A DNA stretch of 64,000 nt from a virus: positions 1 through 64,000 of the IMG/VR virus record IMGVR_UViG_3300031758_000036, one strand, 5' to 3'. Every line of letters begins with the position of its first letter. The first letter of the stretch is position 1. The position numbers and the translations under genes were made by a program. A model generated the notes under the pieces. That model did no database searches and was not told the DNA's origin. It worked only from the letters and a program-made list of their open reading frames with translations. Positions 47,919 to 57,937 of this stretch are shown piece after piece.

Positions 47919-49055
47919 ATGTTGCGTATGTCTTATATCACATGGGGAGAAATTGCACGCCTTGCTGGACAGGCTGGCGCGAAGTATCCCGAATTATGCG
48001 CGGCACAATGGGCTCTGGAAAGCGCTTGGGGTACGGCAGTTAGCGGTAAGAATAATTTCTTCGGCATCAAAGGTAAGGGCACGCAAGTAAAAACAACTGA
48101 GTATGTCAACGGTATCGAAATGACCGTTGTTGACGAGTTTATGGATTTCAATAGTCCAGAAGATTGCGTTAAATATTTGATTGACAGATGGTATAAGGAT
48201 TTCAAAGATTACAAAGGTGTGAACCATGCTACCAGCAGGAACGAAGCAGCAAAGATGCTAGTAGCAGAGAACTATGCTACCGATCCAAATTATGCAAAAA
48301 AGTTAATTGACATCATGGATAAAAATAGTGTACTAAAAGATATTAAGGTGCAGCCAGATAAGGTAATCAGCCTCAGGGAGGCAGCGCGATGGTATGCAAA
48401 CCTGGAGCATCAGAATAAAGCTCTAGACAACTTGCAGGCAACACTGACTCCAGAACAGTTGCTTACTTTTGCGCAAGAGTTCAGGGCAGGAACTGTTCAA
48501 GCTAAACCCAAGTTCCCTTTGTCTGTGCCATACTTCTATCAACGTGACAGCAAAACTGGTCACGGTGAAAGATCTTGCCAGTCATCTGCCCTGGCAATGG
48601 CTATCAAATATTTGAATCCAAAATTAATCACAGATGATGATGACTACTTAAACCTTGTGTTCAGGTATGGCGATACCGTTGCTCAGTCAGCTCATCAAAA
48701 AGCCCTTGATAATTTAGGGCTAAAACATAAATTTGCGATGAATGGTTCAGAGAAGGAGCTTATCCGTATTCTTGATTTAGGGTATCCCGTACCGATTGGA
48801 ATTCTGCACAAGGGTTCAATTCAGAATCCTAGTGGTGGAGGTCACTGGATTACTGTAACTGGATATGATTCTGAGTTTTTCTATGTACATGATCCGTTCG
48901 GTGAGTTGGACTTGGTTAATGGTGGTTACCCGCTGGCTGGCCCGACTAATGGCAAACAGCAAAAATACAGCCGTAAAAATTTATTAAAAAGATGGCTTAT
49001 TAGTAACACTTCAGATGGATGGTACTGGGATCTGAGTGCCAATAGTAAGCAATGA
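47919..49055 (+). CDS. Endolysin: GH73 glucosaminidase plus C39-like peptidase
   Basis: AQWALESAWG, NNFFGIKG, YATDPNY; VPYFYQRD, CQSS, GGGHW, VHDPFGE. Confidence 0.9.
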   Translation: MLRMSYITWGEIARLAGQAGAKYPELCAAQWALESAWGTAVSGKNNFFGIKGKGTQVKTTEYVNGIEMTVVDEFMDFNSPEDCVKYLIDRWYKDFKDYKGVNHATSRNEAAKMLVAENYATDPNYAKKLIDIMDKNSVLKDIKVQPDKVISLREAARWYANLEHQNKALDNLQATLTPEQLLTFAQEFRAGTVQAKPKFPLSVPYFYQRDSKTGHGERSCQSSALAMAIKYLNPKLITDDDDYLNLVFRYGDTVAQSAHQKALDNLGLKHKFAMNGSEKELIRILDLGYPVPIGILHKGSIQNPSGGGHWITVTGYDSEFFYVHDPFGELDLVNGGYPLAGPTNGKQQKYSRKNLLKRWLISNTSDGWYWDLSANSKQ

Positions 49056-49267
49056 AACGTCAATCAATCCTGCCATTTTTACCTGGATACATGTTCGATG
49101 GGGATCGTCTAGTATCCACTGGTACAGCCCTGCCTCCGACACAGCACATTCACCCAGAGACGGGTGAGATACTATATTATGTCCGTCCCATCTTCAGGTA
49201 TGGCGGATCATATGTTGGTATGTATATCAGGCACAAGGGAATCGTAGACTGGCTTAATAATAATTAG
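49052..49267 (+). CDS. Hypothetical protein
   Basis: 71-aa ORF coupled to the endolysin. Confidence 0.5.
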   Translation: MKRQSILPFLPGYMFDGDRLVSTGTALPPTQHIHPETGEILYYVRPIFRYGGSYVGMYIRHKGIVDWLNNN

Positions 49268-49728
49268 TCGTCGAGATCAATCGGCTCATCATCTTCCATC
49301 TCATCATCTGAATCCGCTGCCATATAGGACAGCCCAGGGATGCTTTCGACGATGGCCCTCATGTAGTCATGAATGCGGTCTTTGTCCCATTCGCATTCGT
49401 GATATAGTTTTGTGCTAAGCTCGTTCAATGCTAGAGAATGATTGGTGGTCCATGATTTATTAAATAATGCATCTTCTTTTACCTTGGTGACACTCATCAG
49501 TATTTCCAATTCGTTATTAAGTGATTTCTGGTCTATTACCATCTCAGCGTGGCCAACCCGGTCTCTATTCACCAGCCATAGCGACAATTTAAAAACGTTA
49601 GCTACAAATGTTACTAACGAATCAGCGATGTTTGTTTGAATGTCGATAAAAAATGTAAAGATTACCTGTAATCCAAATATCAGGTTTTCACCCATGTCAG
49701 CGATCAATTCAAACAGTATATTTTTCAT
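49264..49728 (-). CDS. Hypothetical protein
   Basis: 154-aa ORF coupled to the helicase. Confidence 0.65.
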   Translation of the reverse strand: MKNILFELIADMGENLIFGLQVIFTFFIDIQTNIADSLVTFVANVFKLSLWLVNRDRVGHAEMVIDQKSLNNELEILMSVTKVKEDALFNKSWTTNHSLALNELSTKLYHECEWDKDRIHDYMRAIVESIPGLSYMAADSDDEMEDDEPIDLDD

Positions 49729-51506
49729 CGCTTGGTCCGGGAGCTTTTGATCACATCAATATTCTGCATGGTATCGTCGTTCTTCAGGCTTGCCGTCTGG
49801 TAATCCAATTGTATTAGCGACATGTCGACAAACCCTTGAACAGTGGTGATTTGTTCATTCGGTGGCGCACCTTCCCAGAAAGCTTGCCTGCCGCGTACCT
49901 TAGAATGCCAAACCTCTAGTTTTCGGTCAGACGGTTCTCCTTCCTTTTGTTTTTGCTTTCGGACGAGCCAGACAACATGGGACACATGCGATAGAGCATC
50001 GGTACCACGTATCTGGTCAAGTTCTGGTGGCTTTGGTTGGGCTTTGACATCATCTTGCTCGCGCTTAATGCCAACCGTATTCATTTGCGCTAACACGAAC
50101 AGATCGATGTCCAGCTCCTTGGCTGCCGTCATTAACTTGTAAGCCCTCTCCTCAAGCATTGCTGCGCCATCCCTGGCGGCATTCTTGTGCCTGGACAGGA
50201 CATGGAAGTGATCCAATACGACAGCCCTCAGCTCTGGGTTCTTCGCTTTCATTGTACGCATTGAATTAACAACGGTATCAACGCAAGCACCCCACGGCGC
50301 TTCAATGATCAGTTTCCCGCCAGATTCTTGATACTTGAATGCCAATGTTCCAAGTAAGTTTGTAACTTTTTCTTTGTCTTCAATACTGGGCACAAGTAGC
50401 TCGCCAACAGTAACGTAACCTATCCTGTCGGTACTTGAACGCCAGTGATATCCATGCTTTGCCAATACCTTTCTGCTGAGTGAGGCAAGCAAACGTGCTT
50501 CTATTTGAGCGTAATCAAGCTCTGCTGATATGAACCCAACTGATAAACCTTTACTACATAACGCTGTTGCTATTTGGCAGCCCAGAGCAGTTTTCCCAAC
50601 ACTGGTCCTGGCAGCCAGGGTGAACAAGCGGCCGCCACAAGCTTGGTTCATCCTAGGGAAGGAAACGCCGCCCTCAATGTCCAGGTCGATTGCGTCTATG
50701 CCCGTAGATGCAGGCCTGTTCACCTCAGAGTAATTCATTACCCTATCGATCCAGTTCTGGCGTTGCACACCAGGATCACCAATAATGACATCCAGCAGTC
50801 CGATCGACTGGCCCTGGTTGCCGATGGTGCCACGCATCATTCCGACGCCTTCCATGGCACGTTGTTGCAGGTATTCCAATGCCTCTTCAAGCTTTGTATC
50901 TGCCTTGATGTTTTGCTTGGCATTATGCAATGTCTCTAAGTACAATGCACGCACCCTGACCTGTTTCAGTACGTCAAGAGCTGTATCCCATTCGGTTTTC
51001 ACATCGCCGTATGATTCAAGTACGTCTGGTTCCGAAAGTTCCGTAATGGTCTGATTGAAGTCAATTATGGATACACTTCGTGACGCATTGTTTAAATTAG
51101 TGTAACTTGCAATCAAGGATTCTCTCGATATCAATTGGTTGGATCGCTGTCCGATAAAAGTTAGATCAATTTCCTTTGCGATAGCACGAAATCTATCGTC
51201 GGACCACAGGGACAGTGGGACCAGTTGACCATGACCGATTCCAAAACCAGTCCTGAGTTCACCCCATAGCTCTCTGGCCAGCCCAGCAGGGGACGCCAGG
51301 GTGCGACCAAGGACGATAGCTTCTTGGGTCAGGGTATCCTCCCTGTCCTGAACGCTTGTTGGCTGCAACTTGTCAACAATCCGAGCAACATCCATTGCTC
51401 GTTCGATTGCCGGCTGATTGCAGCCAGTAATCTTTTCTCCATCGGTTTCAAGCAGCCCGAGATCAACTGCCTTTTGCAAGTAGAAGGGTAATGTCACGGC
51501 TATCAA
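49725..51506 (-). CDS. dnaB: DnaB-like replicative helicase
   Basis: STGIDAID, LAARTSVGKT (Walker A), FISAEL, VVLDHF, LAQMN, IRGTDAL. Confidence 0.85.
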   Translation of the reverse strand: MIAVTLPFYLQKAVDLGLLETDGEKITGCNQPAIERAMDVARIVDKLQPTSVQDREDTLTQEAIVLGRTLASPAGLARELWGELRTGFGIGHGQLVPLSLWSDDRFRAIAKEIDLTFIGQRSNQLISRESLIASYTNLNNASRSVSIIDFNQTITELSEPDVLESYGDVKTEWDTALDVLKQVRVRALYLETLHNAKQNIKADTKLEEALEYLQQRAMEGVGMMRGTIGNQGQSIGLLDVIIGDPGVQRQNWIDRVMNYSEVNRPASTGIDAIDLDIEGGVSFPRMNQACGGRLFTLAARTSVGKTALGCQIATALCSKGLSVGFISAELDYAQIEARLLASLSRKVLAKHGYHWRSSTDRIGYVTVGELLVPSIEDKEKVTNLLGTLAFKYQESGGKLIIEAPWGACVDTVVNSMRTMKAKNPELRAVVLDHFHVLSRHKNAARDGAAMLEERAYKLMTAAKELDIDLFVLAQMNTVGIKREQDDVKAQPKPPELDQIRGTDALSHVSHVVWLVRKQKQKEGEPSDRKLEVWHSKVRGRQAFWEGAPPNEQITTVQGFVDMSLIQLDYQTASLKNDDTMQNIDVIKSSRTKR

Positions 51507-52495
51507 CCAATCTCGTCATCATAAATCCAGAAACGCTGTCTGCTTGTTTCTGGTTCTGGTACATCTGTCGGCCATGAACTTAACTGATACTTCATCCTGA
51601 ATCGTGCCGGGTCAAATCCAGCGTTCCTGATTTCCATTTCTGTTTGAGTAATTCTGTCGGTTAATGTGCTTACACTGTCGGGATCATTGCGTGTCATGTT
51701 ATAATACATGTAATGAAGGTTGTCATATTCATCTATTGATTTCCTGAGAGTTGCCGGTATAACAGTTTCGTCTTGTCGATCTTCTTCTTTTACTGCTCGC
51801 GACTTATCGTAGTTTAGCCCTTCGTTGTACAAGTCGTGAACATTTTGATACTTTTTGGTTTGTGGTTGACCAAGTCCAGTTATACTCTGCAGTGTTTTAC
51901 TGGTGTTCTGTTTTGACCAGAATGGTGAATGATCGACCCCTGCTTTTAATACCGCAAAAAAGTTATCGTAATCATGCGGCGTAACGCCAAGAGCGGATAT
52001 ATGCAAATCAACGGCTTTCAGTAATTGAGCGCTGAGGCGATTGATCTTGGAGTAGTTAGCTGGCCGATACTTATTCCACGCATCTGTCGCATCATCAAAA
52101 TAGTTGATAACTTCCTTGGGCTTGCGCTCCTTCTTGACAGGTTCCTCGTAGGGGCCAAGTAAAGACTCTTCTACTATACGCCTGGATTCATCATCTATCT
52201 TCCTCAGTTTACGAAGTATCGGCACAGGATCGTGCACTATGATATGCTCAGTAGTTCCAGATATCAAGCCAAGTTCTCTAAGTTCAACCATACAACGGAC
52301 TCTAGTGTTTCTGTGTATGCCTATTCTTCTGTCCAGAACTGATTTATCGATTGGGCCAAATTTAGATTGATTAGCTAAAACAATCCACAGCAACTTACTA
52401 TTTGCGGTTAGATCATCGCAAAGCAATAGTTCGTATGGCGCCTTGGCATAGACCTTGGGCTCCCAGTCAGTGTCTTTAGAGACGGCGATCTTCAC
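51503..52495 (-). CDS. Putative replication initiator (N-terminal winged HTH)
   Basis: YAKAPYELL..DDLTANSKLLW...IGIHRNT....VELRELGLI; upstream of the helicase; GTG start assumed. Confidence 0.65.
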   Translation of the reverse strand: MKIAVSKDTDWEPKVYAKAPYELLLCDDLTANSKLLWIVLANQSKFGPIDKSVLDRRIGIHRNTRVRCMVELRELGLISGTTEHIIVHDPVPILRKLRKIDDESRRIVEESLLGPYEEPVKKERKPKEVINYFDDATDAWNKYRPANYSKINRLSAQLLKAVDLHISALGVTPHDYDNFFAVLKAGVDHSPFWSKQNTSKTLQSITGLGQPQTKKYQNVHDLYNEGLNYDKSRAVKEEDRQDETVIPATLRKSIDEYDNLHYMYYNMTRNDPDSVSTLTDRITQTEMEIRNAGFDPARFRMKYQLSSWPTDVPEPETSRQRFWIYDDEIG

Positions 52496-52561
52496 GGGAC
52501 ATGGGAGGAACGGTCTCACCTTAGCGAGGGCAGCGGTGGTGGCAACCGATACCCGGTTAAC

Positions 52562-52800
52562 TTTTGTTGCAGCAATCTGCTGATTTTTGCAGCGCTCGCA
52601 CTGTTTTGCAGCAAAATCACGCTGCATTTTTGTGCAAGGTCACGCTGCGAAATTCAGCACGCACGCTGCAAAATGCACATCGGTCGGTCCAGGTTACGCT
52701 GCAAAACGCAGCACATAAAAGAGTACTCTTAGCTTTAAGCTAGTTATCTACGGTTTATGGTTTTACTCTCTTAAAAAAAAGAATAATAAAAAACTATGAA
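52562..52800. other. Candidate replication origin: iteron-like repeats plus AT-rich tract
   Basis: YACGCTGC at 52618, 52641, 52662, 52695; inverted TTTTGCAGC at 52585 and 52604; AT-rich 52716-52800. Confidence 0.65.
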
Positions 52801-52843
52801 AAAGAAGGCGCGGTGCGCCAGGAGGTGGTTATGGTGGTTAGGG

Positions 52844-53197
52844 ATGGACCAACCCATCGGAATGAGACGGAAGAAACCCCTGACACCGACAGAGCAGATC
52901 CGGCTCGACGAGGGCTGGGAAGAGATGGGCGAGTCCATTGCCGCGACGATCCTGGTCGGCGGCCGCACCGCCCAATGGGCCTGGGACTTGCTTGGTCCGC
53001 TAGGCTTGTACAAGCGTTGGATGATCGACCTGTGGCTGGAACGGTATCGCCAGGAACACCCAGAGGTCGACCGCCCTGTCGGCGAGAGGGCTGATCAGCT
53101 CAACCTCAAGCGAAAAGCTTCCAAGAGATCTGTTTTCACCAAGAAAGAGCAGATCCAGGAAGCTTTAAAAATGCTTAACGAACGAACTAATCACTAA
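52844..53197 (+). CDS. Hypothetical protein
   Basis: ORF divergent from the initiator gene; start uncertain. Confidence 0.55.
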   Translation: MDQPIGMRRKKPLTPTEQIRLDEGWEEMGESIAATILVGGRTAQWAWDLLGPLGLYKRWMIDLWLERYRQEHPEVDRPVGERADQLNLKRKASKRSVFTKKEQIQEALKMLNERTNH

Positions 53198-53221
53198 ACT
53201 GCGTTATCAAGTAATCCGACC

Positions 53222-53947
53222 ATGCCCGATTCAATCCCTAATCTCGCCGGCATTGCAACCAAAGATCTGGTTGAAACTATTGGCGGCGGTAGTTTTAAGG
53301 CTAGTTACATCAACTGGGCTCGGACCTTTAACCTGCTGCATGAGCATGCACCCGGTTGGTGCCTTGAGATCATGACTGCGCCCGATGGAGGCCAGGTCTT
53401 TCGTGCTCCTGGTAACGGCGGTTACCTGATGCTGCGCTTCGTTCATTTGGACGGGACTGTGCTACCAGAAGTCCCCCAAGCAATCATGGACACCCGTAAC
53501 CAGCCGATTGCTTTCGATAAGATCAGCGCCCGTGATGTGACAGACACTCATCGTCGCGGTGGCTGCATGGCGGCTGCTATGACATTTGGCTTGGCACATG
53601 AGCTGTGGGCCAAGATGCCACTGGAGAGCGGCTACGCGGGCCAGGAGGCTGCTGGGGTAGCAGTGGCGCCACCGGCCTCCACAGGCGCCTCCAAGGCCCC
53701 TCTGCAGGTTGATCCGCAGCCAACCATGGAAGACTTCCTGGAGGCCTGTCTGGGGAAAGGATTGACCACTCTGGCTGCTGACAAATTGATTAATGTGATC
53801 GGTGACAATTATGCAGGCGCGTTGAAGACACTTGCCAGCAAAACGCCTGAATGGATTGCTGAGCAAAACGCTCAAGCCGAACCCGCCCCAAAGCCCGCGA
53901 AGACCACAGCGAAGAAGTCGACGAAACCGGACCCGAGCGACTATTAA
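53222..53947 (+). CDS. Sak/Rad52-like single-strand annealing protein (DUF1071-like)
   Basis: SYINWA, AIMDTRNQPI, ARDVTDTHRR..AAAMTFGLAHELW. Confidence 0.75.
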   Translation: MPDSIPNLAGIATKDLVETIGGGSFKASYINWARTFNLLHEHAPGWCLEIMTAPDGGQVFRAPGNGGYLMLRFVHLDGTVLPEVPQAIMDTRNQPIAFDKISARDVTDTHRRGGCMAAAMTFGLAHELWAKMPLESGYAGQEAAGVAVAPPASTGASKAPLQVDPQPTMEDFLEACLGKGLTTLAADKLINVIGDNYAGALKTLASKTPEWIAEQNAQAEPAPKPAKTTAKKSTKPDPSDY

Positions 53948-54119
53948 ACAAAAATGAATTTCCCAGGCTCCTTGATCCGCAAGATCAACCTGCTGTCCCA
54001 TTTATCGATTGGGCTACGTCCAGGTTTGCTGAGGCTTTCAGCGGAGCTATCATAAGAAACTATGAAGGGCCTGTCTAAGGCCCTTTTATCGTCTAACCTG
54101 AATTGACTTTCAGCAGGCC

Positions 54120-54920
54120 ATGGCTCCCATTATCACAACGGACGAAATCACGTTTTGGATGAATGCAGCGGGAAGCAAGCCAATTCTGTCCAAGGATGAA
54201 GTCTGCTTAATTGCACGTAAGATTCGCTCCTCCGAGCCTGGCAGTTTAGCCTATAAGCGTTGTGTGAATAAATTGGTTGCACACAACCTGAGATTGGTTA
54301 TTCGATCTGTTCATTTGCATATGGGCAGTAAAACACGCAAGAATTGGGGCGGCGTCGAAACACTTGACTTTCTCCAGGCCGGTGCGCTAGGGCTAATCAG
54401 AGCGGCAGAAAAATATGATCCTGAGATGGGATATACGTTTGCTACATACGCAACGTTCTGGATTCGTTCCGCCATTGGTCGATATGGGATTAAGGCATCC
54501 AGCATCTTTCACATACCAGAGAACGCGTGCAGAGATGCTTATGCTTTTGAGAAGCATGGATTTATCAGGAAGAAGTCAAAAGAAGAAAGTATGCATCTGA
54601 CGCAAATGGTGCGTTCGGCACAGTCCGCTATTTCGATTGATGCTCCAATAAGAGAAAACGCCGACATATCCATTGTCGACGCAATTGAAAGCACTTATGC
54701 CCCGCCCCATTCAGGCCAGGGCCGCTTCTCCCCAGAAATGGAGGAAGCTATGAAGATCGCTAATCTGACAGCAGATCAAGTCCTGATTTTGGAATGGACT
54801 TTTATTGATGAAATGAAAGTCAAAGACATTATTAAAATGACGGACATGACCAAGAATCAGGTCTGCCACCTCCGCAAAACCGCTCTGCATAAGCTCAAGT
54901 TAGCAATGGTTGCGGTATAA
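54120..54920 (+). CDS. RpoD-like (group 2 type) sigma factor
   Basis: LVAHNLRLV, DFLQAGALGLIRAAEKYDPEMGYTFATYATFWIRSAI, ISIDAP. Confidence 0.92.
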   Translation: MAPIITTDEITFWMNAAGSKPILSKDEVCLIARKIRSSEPGSLAYKRCVNKLVAHNLRLVIRSVHLHMGSKTRKNWGGVETLDFLQAGALGLIRAAEKYDPEMGYTFATYATFWIRSAIGRYGIKASSIFHIPENACRDAYAFEKHGFIRKKSKEESMHLTQMVRSAQSAISIDAPIRENADISIVDAIESTYAPPHSGQGRFSPEMEEAMKIANLTADQVLILEWTFIDEMKVKDIIKMTDMTKNQVCHLRKTALHKLKLAMVAV

Positions 54921-54945
54921 TGTATTGTAAACCCTAACGGGAACA

Positions 54946-55299
54946 ATGGCTACTATTAGTATTGCAGGTACTGTGACCGGTCGACCCGGAGAGTCTCCTG
55001 TCACCGTAAAAACTTTTGAAAACGGCGATAGCGTTGCTAGCTTCTCTGTGGCAGATCGGGCATATGTCTATTCTAAGCCCGGTTCGGAACGCCAGGGACA
55101 ATTCTATCGTTGTGAAGTGCGTGGTAAGGCCGCTGAAATCGTAATCGAACGCATCAAACGCGGCGACAAGGTCGGCGTGTCTGGGCAGCTCATTCAGCGA
55201 ATGTCTAACGAGAAACTGTTTCTTGATGTAAAAAATGCATCGGTTACGTTCCTTGAAGATAACCCGAATCGACCCCAAGGGGGCGAAGTGCCTTTCTAA
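54946..55299 (+). CDS. ssb: Single-stranded DNA-binding protein
   Basis: VASFSVA, FYRCEVRGKAAE, KRGDKVGVSGQL, C-terminal VPF. Confidence 0.9.
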   Translation: MATISIAGTVTGRPGESPVTVKTFENGDSVASFSVADRAYVYSKPGSERQGQFYRCEVRGKAAEIVIERIKRGDKVGVSGQLIQRMSNEKLFLDVKNASVTFLEDNPNRPQGGEVPF

Positions 55300-55367
55300 G
55301 GCACCCTAGACTTAAACAAGGACGGCCAGGCGCATGCTTGGCCGTTTCTATTCTTGGGTCACGGGCA

Positions 55368-55829
55368 ATGGTGAATTGTTTAAGAATTGACGAGATTGCT
55401 CCAGGTGCGTGCGGTCTTCTGATTGACGAGATGCCGCTCCTAACCGTGTCGCATGTCAAGCCGTACATTGTTGCGGTATTACTGCATAGGGGCGCTGTGC
55501 GGGTTACAGAGGTCACTCCTGGCCTTGTGCCGCACTGCAGCCCGTCAGACCTAAAGGTAGGCGGCTGGGATCCTTTTGAAGAGGATTACTGCGAAGAAAT
55601 TACCAGGATGGAAAAAGTCGTAGAAGACGCTCTTGGTGAGTTCGTTTCAGATGGATTGCTTCGCTATAATGAAGAGCAAGATCTGTGGGTGCTGACTGCT
55701 GATCGTTTGCCGACGATAGTTTCTTGGGTTACCTCCCTTGGCGCAAAGTTGCCCCAGCATCTTTCGCTTGAACTTAGTCGGCAGCAATCAAATCGGATAC
55801 CCGACTATATTGAGTATCATTCGGCTTAA
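55368..55829 (+). CDS. Hypothetical protein
   Basis: 153-aa ORF in the replication cluster. Confidence 0.6.
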   Translation: MVNCLRIDEIAPGACGLLIDEMPLLTVSHVKPYIVAVLLHRGAVRVTEVTPGLVPHCSPSDLKVGGWDPFEEDYCEEITRMEKVVEDALGEFVSDGLLRYNEEQDLWVLTADRLPTIVSWVTSLGAKLPQHLSLELSRQQSNRIPDYIEYHSA

Positions 55830-55837
55830 TTGCGCAA

Positions 55838-56071
55838 ATGACTAAAAGCAGTAAAGGTCAGCTAACGGAAGGTCAAAGATTAGCGCGGCCGCCTTTCCCT
55901 CTTCCTTTGTTTGTAAGAGGAGCAAAAGTACAGGTATACCTGGGTGCTGGCTGGAGCACTGGCAGTGTTGTCAGCAGTCATCAAGACCGGTGTCAAGTAA
56001 CACTGATAACTGGCAATAGGACTATTACCGTTACTGACGCAAGGTCTATTCGTTCTCACCATAATGAGTGA
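55838..56071 (+). CDS. Small SH3/Tudor-like protein
   Basis: GAKVQVY..AGW.TGSVV. Confidence 0.55.
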   Translation: MTKSSKGQLTEGQRLARPPFPLPLFVRGAKVQVYLGAGWSTGSVVSSHQDRCQVTLITGNRTITVTDARSIRSHHNE

Positions 56072-56504
56072 TACTCAACTCAGGATCGCGCATACATGCG
56101 ACTCGATCAAAGACTTACTGTTAGACAAAAATGCTAAATATGGCGATTCGGCACTGAATCCAACAAGGGTGTTCAGCAAGTTAGGGCCAGTCGAACAATT
56201 GTATGTTCGCATTGATGACAAGTTATCGCGAATTTCAAAGGGAGCTGGACTGCTAGCGACTGATGAAGATGTCATTAATGACCTCATTGGTTACTTAGTG
56301 CTGCTAAAAATTGCACTACAGGATGATGCGTTTGCCCGCGTCAAGGGTGAACCATGGGATATTGAAGATGAACAATGGGATGGAACCGATGTTGAGCCAA
56401 TCTCATTTGGGAAGACTCCAATTGCAAGTCATGTCAATGACAGCCCAAGGTTAAATGACACCGATTGGTTTGACATGTATGCAGCAGGAGACAAGTTCGC
56501 CTGA
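56064..56504 (+). CDS. Nucleotide-modification-associated domain protein (DUF1599-like)
   Basis: LLLDKNAKYGDS...VRIDDKLSRI...DLIGYLVL. Confidence 0.75.
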   Translation: MSDTQLRIAHTCDSIKDLLLDKNAKYGDSALNPTRVFSKLGPVEQLYVRIDDKLSRISKGAGLLATDEDVINDLIGYLVLLKIALQDDAFARVKGEPWDIEDEQWDGTDVEPISFGKTPIASHVNDSPRLNDTDWFDMYAAGDKFA

Positions 56505-56859
56505 TTACATACTGGTAATCAAAAGGCCTTTGTTTTCAAAAGCAAGGCCACGGCTTACTAGGACTGGGCACGCATTTATGCCACCGGCATACAAGTTAGC
56601 TCAGGCTGAAATGCGAAAGCAAATTAAAGAGCAATGGACCAAGGGGCCGCTAGAGGGCCCCATTTCATTGTCGATAATGATAAAAGGAGAAGGTCGAGGA
56701 GATACAGACAACATAGCAGGAGCCTTCATGGATACGGCACAAGGGGTTCTATGGTTGGACGACAGGGTAACGGTCATCCCTCAGCTATCTATCTCCTGGC
56801 AGAAGGCCCCCAAGGCGGAATCTGAGTGGATCATCCACATTAGGCACTTGCACGTATAA
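56479..56859 (+). CDS. rusA: RusA-like Holliday junction resolvase
   Basis: KARPR, LEGPI, DTDNIA...D...GVLWLDD. Confidence 0.85.
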   Translation: MQQETSSPDYILVIKRPLFSKARPRLTRTGHAFMPPAYKLAQAEMRKQIKEQWTKGPLEGPISLSIMIKGEGRGDTDNIAGAFMDTAQGVLWLDDRVTVIPQLSISWQKAPKAESEWIIHIRHLHV

Positions 56860-56880
56860 TGTGGATCATGCGTTACACTG

Positions 56881-57732
56881 ATGGCTGCAGTAGCCTACAA
56901 TCAGCCTGATTATCAGTACAGAAGGGAATCGGGAGAAAACCAGAGTTATTTAAAGAATATCCTGGTAAGCCCTGCTCATTACAAAGCTTCAAAGAAAAGG
57001 CGCTTTTTCCCTACCATTAACATGGAAATAGGGTCTGCTTTGCATTGCCTTGTACTGGAGGGTGAGGAAGAATTCAGTAAAAGATATGTAATGAAACCCG
57101 AAGATATTGCCTTAAACACAAAAGAAGGAAAAGAATGGAAAGCAGCGCAAACACATAAAACAATATTGACTAATACTGAAAAAGAACGAGCATGGGATAG
57201 CGTGCATGGAATGGCAAATTCTTTGTCTAAACTTGATTGGTTTAATCAAGATTTGCCAGATTATCGTAAGTACAACGAGTTATCTATTTACTGGGAAGCG
57301 GATGGCATAGAATGCAAAGGCAGGCTTGATCGACTCGTTGATATGGGCGATCATTTACTGGTACTCGATCTGAAGACAACTGATTCTGTCGAATATAATA
57401 CGTTTGTGAAGAAGTTAGTAGGAGGCATGAATTACTTATTCCAATCAGCATGGTATTCAGAGGCGGCGAGCCTGGCGTATGATAAGCCCTGCAAATTTGT
57501 ATTTGCTGCTATCGAAAGAACGGAACCTTGGACGTTGGCTCTGTTTGAGATATCCGACGAGATGATGGAGGAGGGGAACCGGCAGATCAAGCGTGCGCGG
57601 CAACTATTAAAGAAATCCTTAGACACTAAGGAGTGGCCTAGCCCAGATGTGCGTTATAATGTATTGAGCCTGCCAAAGTGGTACCAGTCACCAGTGGCGG
57701 ATTATCATCCAGAATTTGAGGACTTGTTCTGA
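56881..57732 (+). CDS. PD-(D/E)XK exonuclease (RecE/ExoVIII-like)
   Basis: SPAHY, IGSALHCLVLE, CKGRLDRL, LDLKTT, Y..Q.AWY. Confidence 0.88.
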   Translation: MAAVAYNQPDYQYRRESGENQSYLKNILVSPAHYKASKKRRFFPTINMEIGSALHCLVLEGEEEFSKRYVMKPEDIALNTKEGKEWKAAQTHKTILTNTEKERAWDSVHGMANSLSKLDWFNQDLPDYRKYNELSIYWEADGIECKGRLDRLVDMGDHLLVLDLKTTDSVEYNTFVKKLVGGMNYLFQSAWYSEAASLAYDKPCKFVFAAIERTEPWTLALFEISDEMMEEGNRQIKRARQLLKKSLDTKEWPSPDVRYNVLSLPKWYQSPVADYHPEFEDLF

Positions 57733-57935
57733 TGTCACGAAACGATACCAGTACTGGATCTGGTGGAATCGGATTTTGTGGGCTACTAACAGTTTTATTT
57801 GTTGGCCTGAAACTGACCGGATACATTGGCTGGCCTTGGGTTTGGGTCATTTCTCCTTTATGGATCCCGCTAGCCCTTGTTTTGGCACTGGCAGCGATTG
57901 CTGGCATCGTTTATCTGTTTGTTTCTGGTAAATAA
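57732..57935 (+). CDS. Small membrane protein
   Basis: GGIGFCGLLTVLFVGLKLTGYIGWPWVWVISPLW. Confidence 0.8.
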   Translation: MSRNDTSTGSGGIGFCGLLTVLFVGLKLTGYIGWPWVWVISPLWIPLALVLALAAIAGIVYLFVSGK

Positions 57936-57937
57936 TC

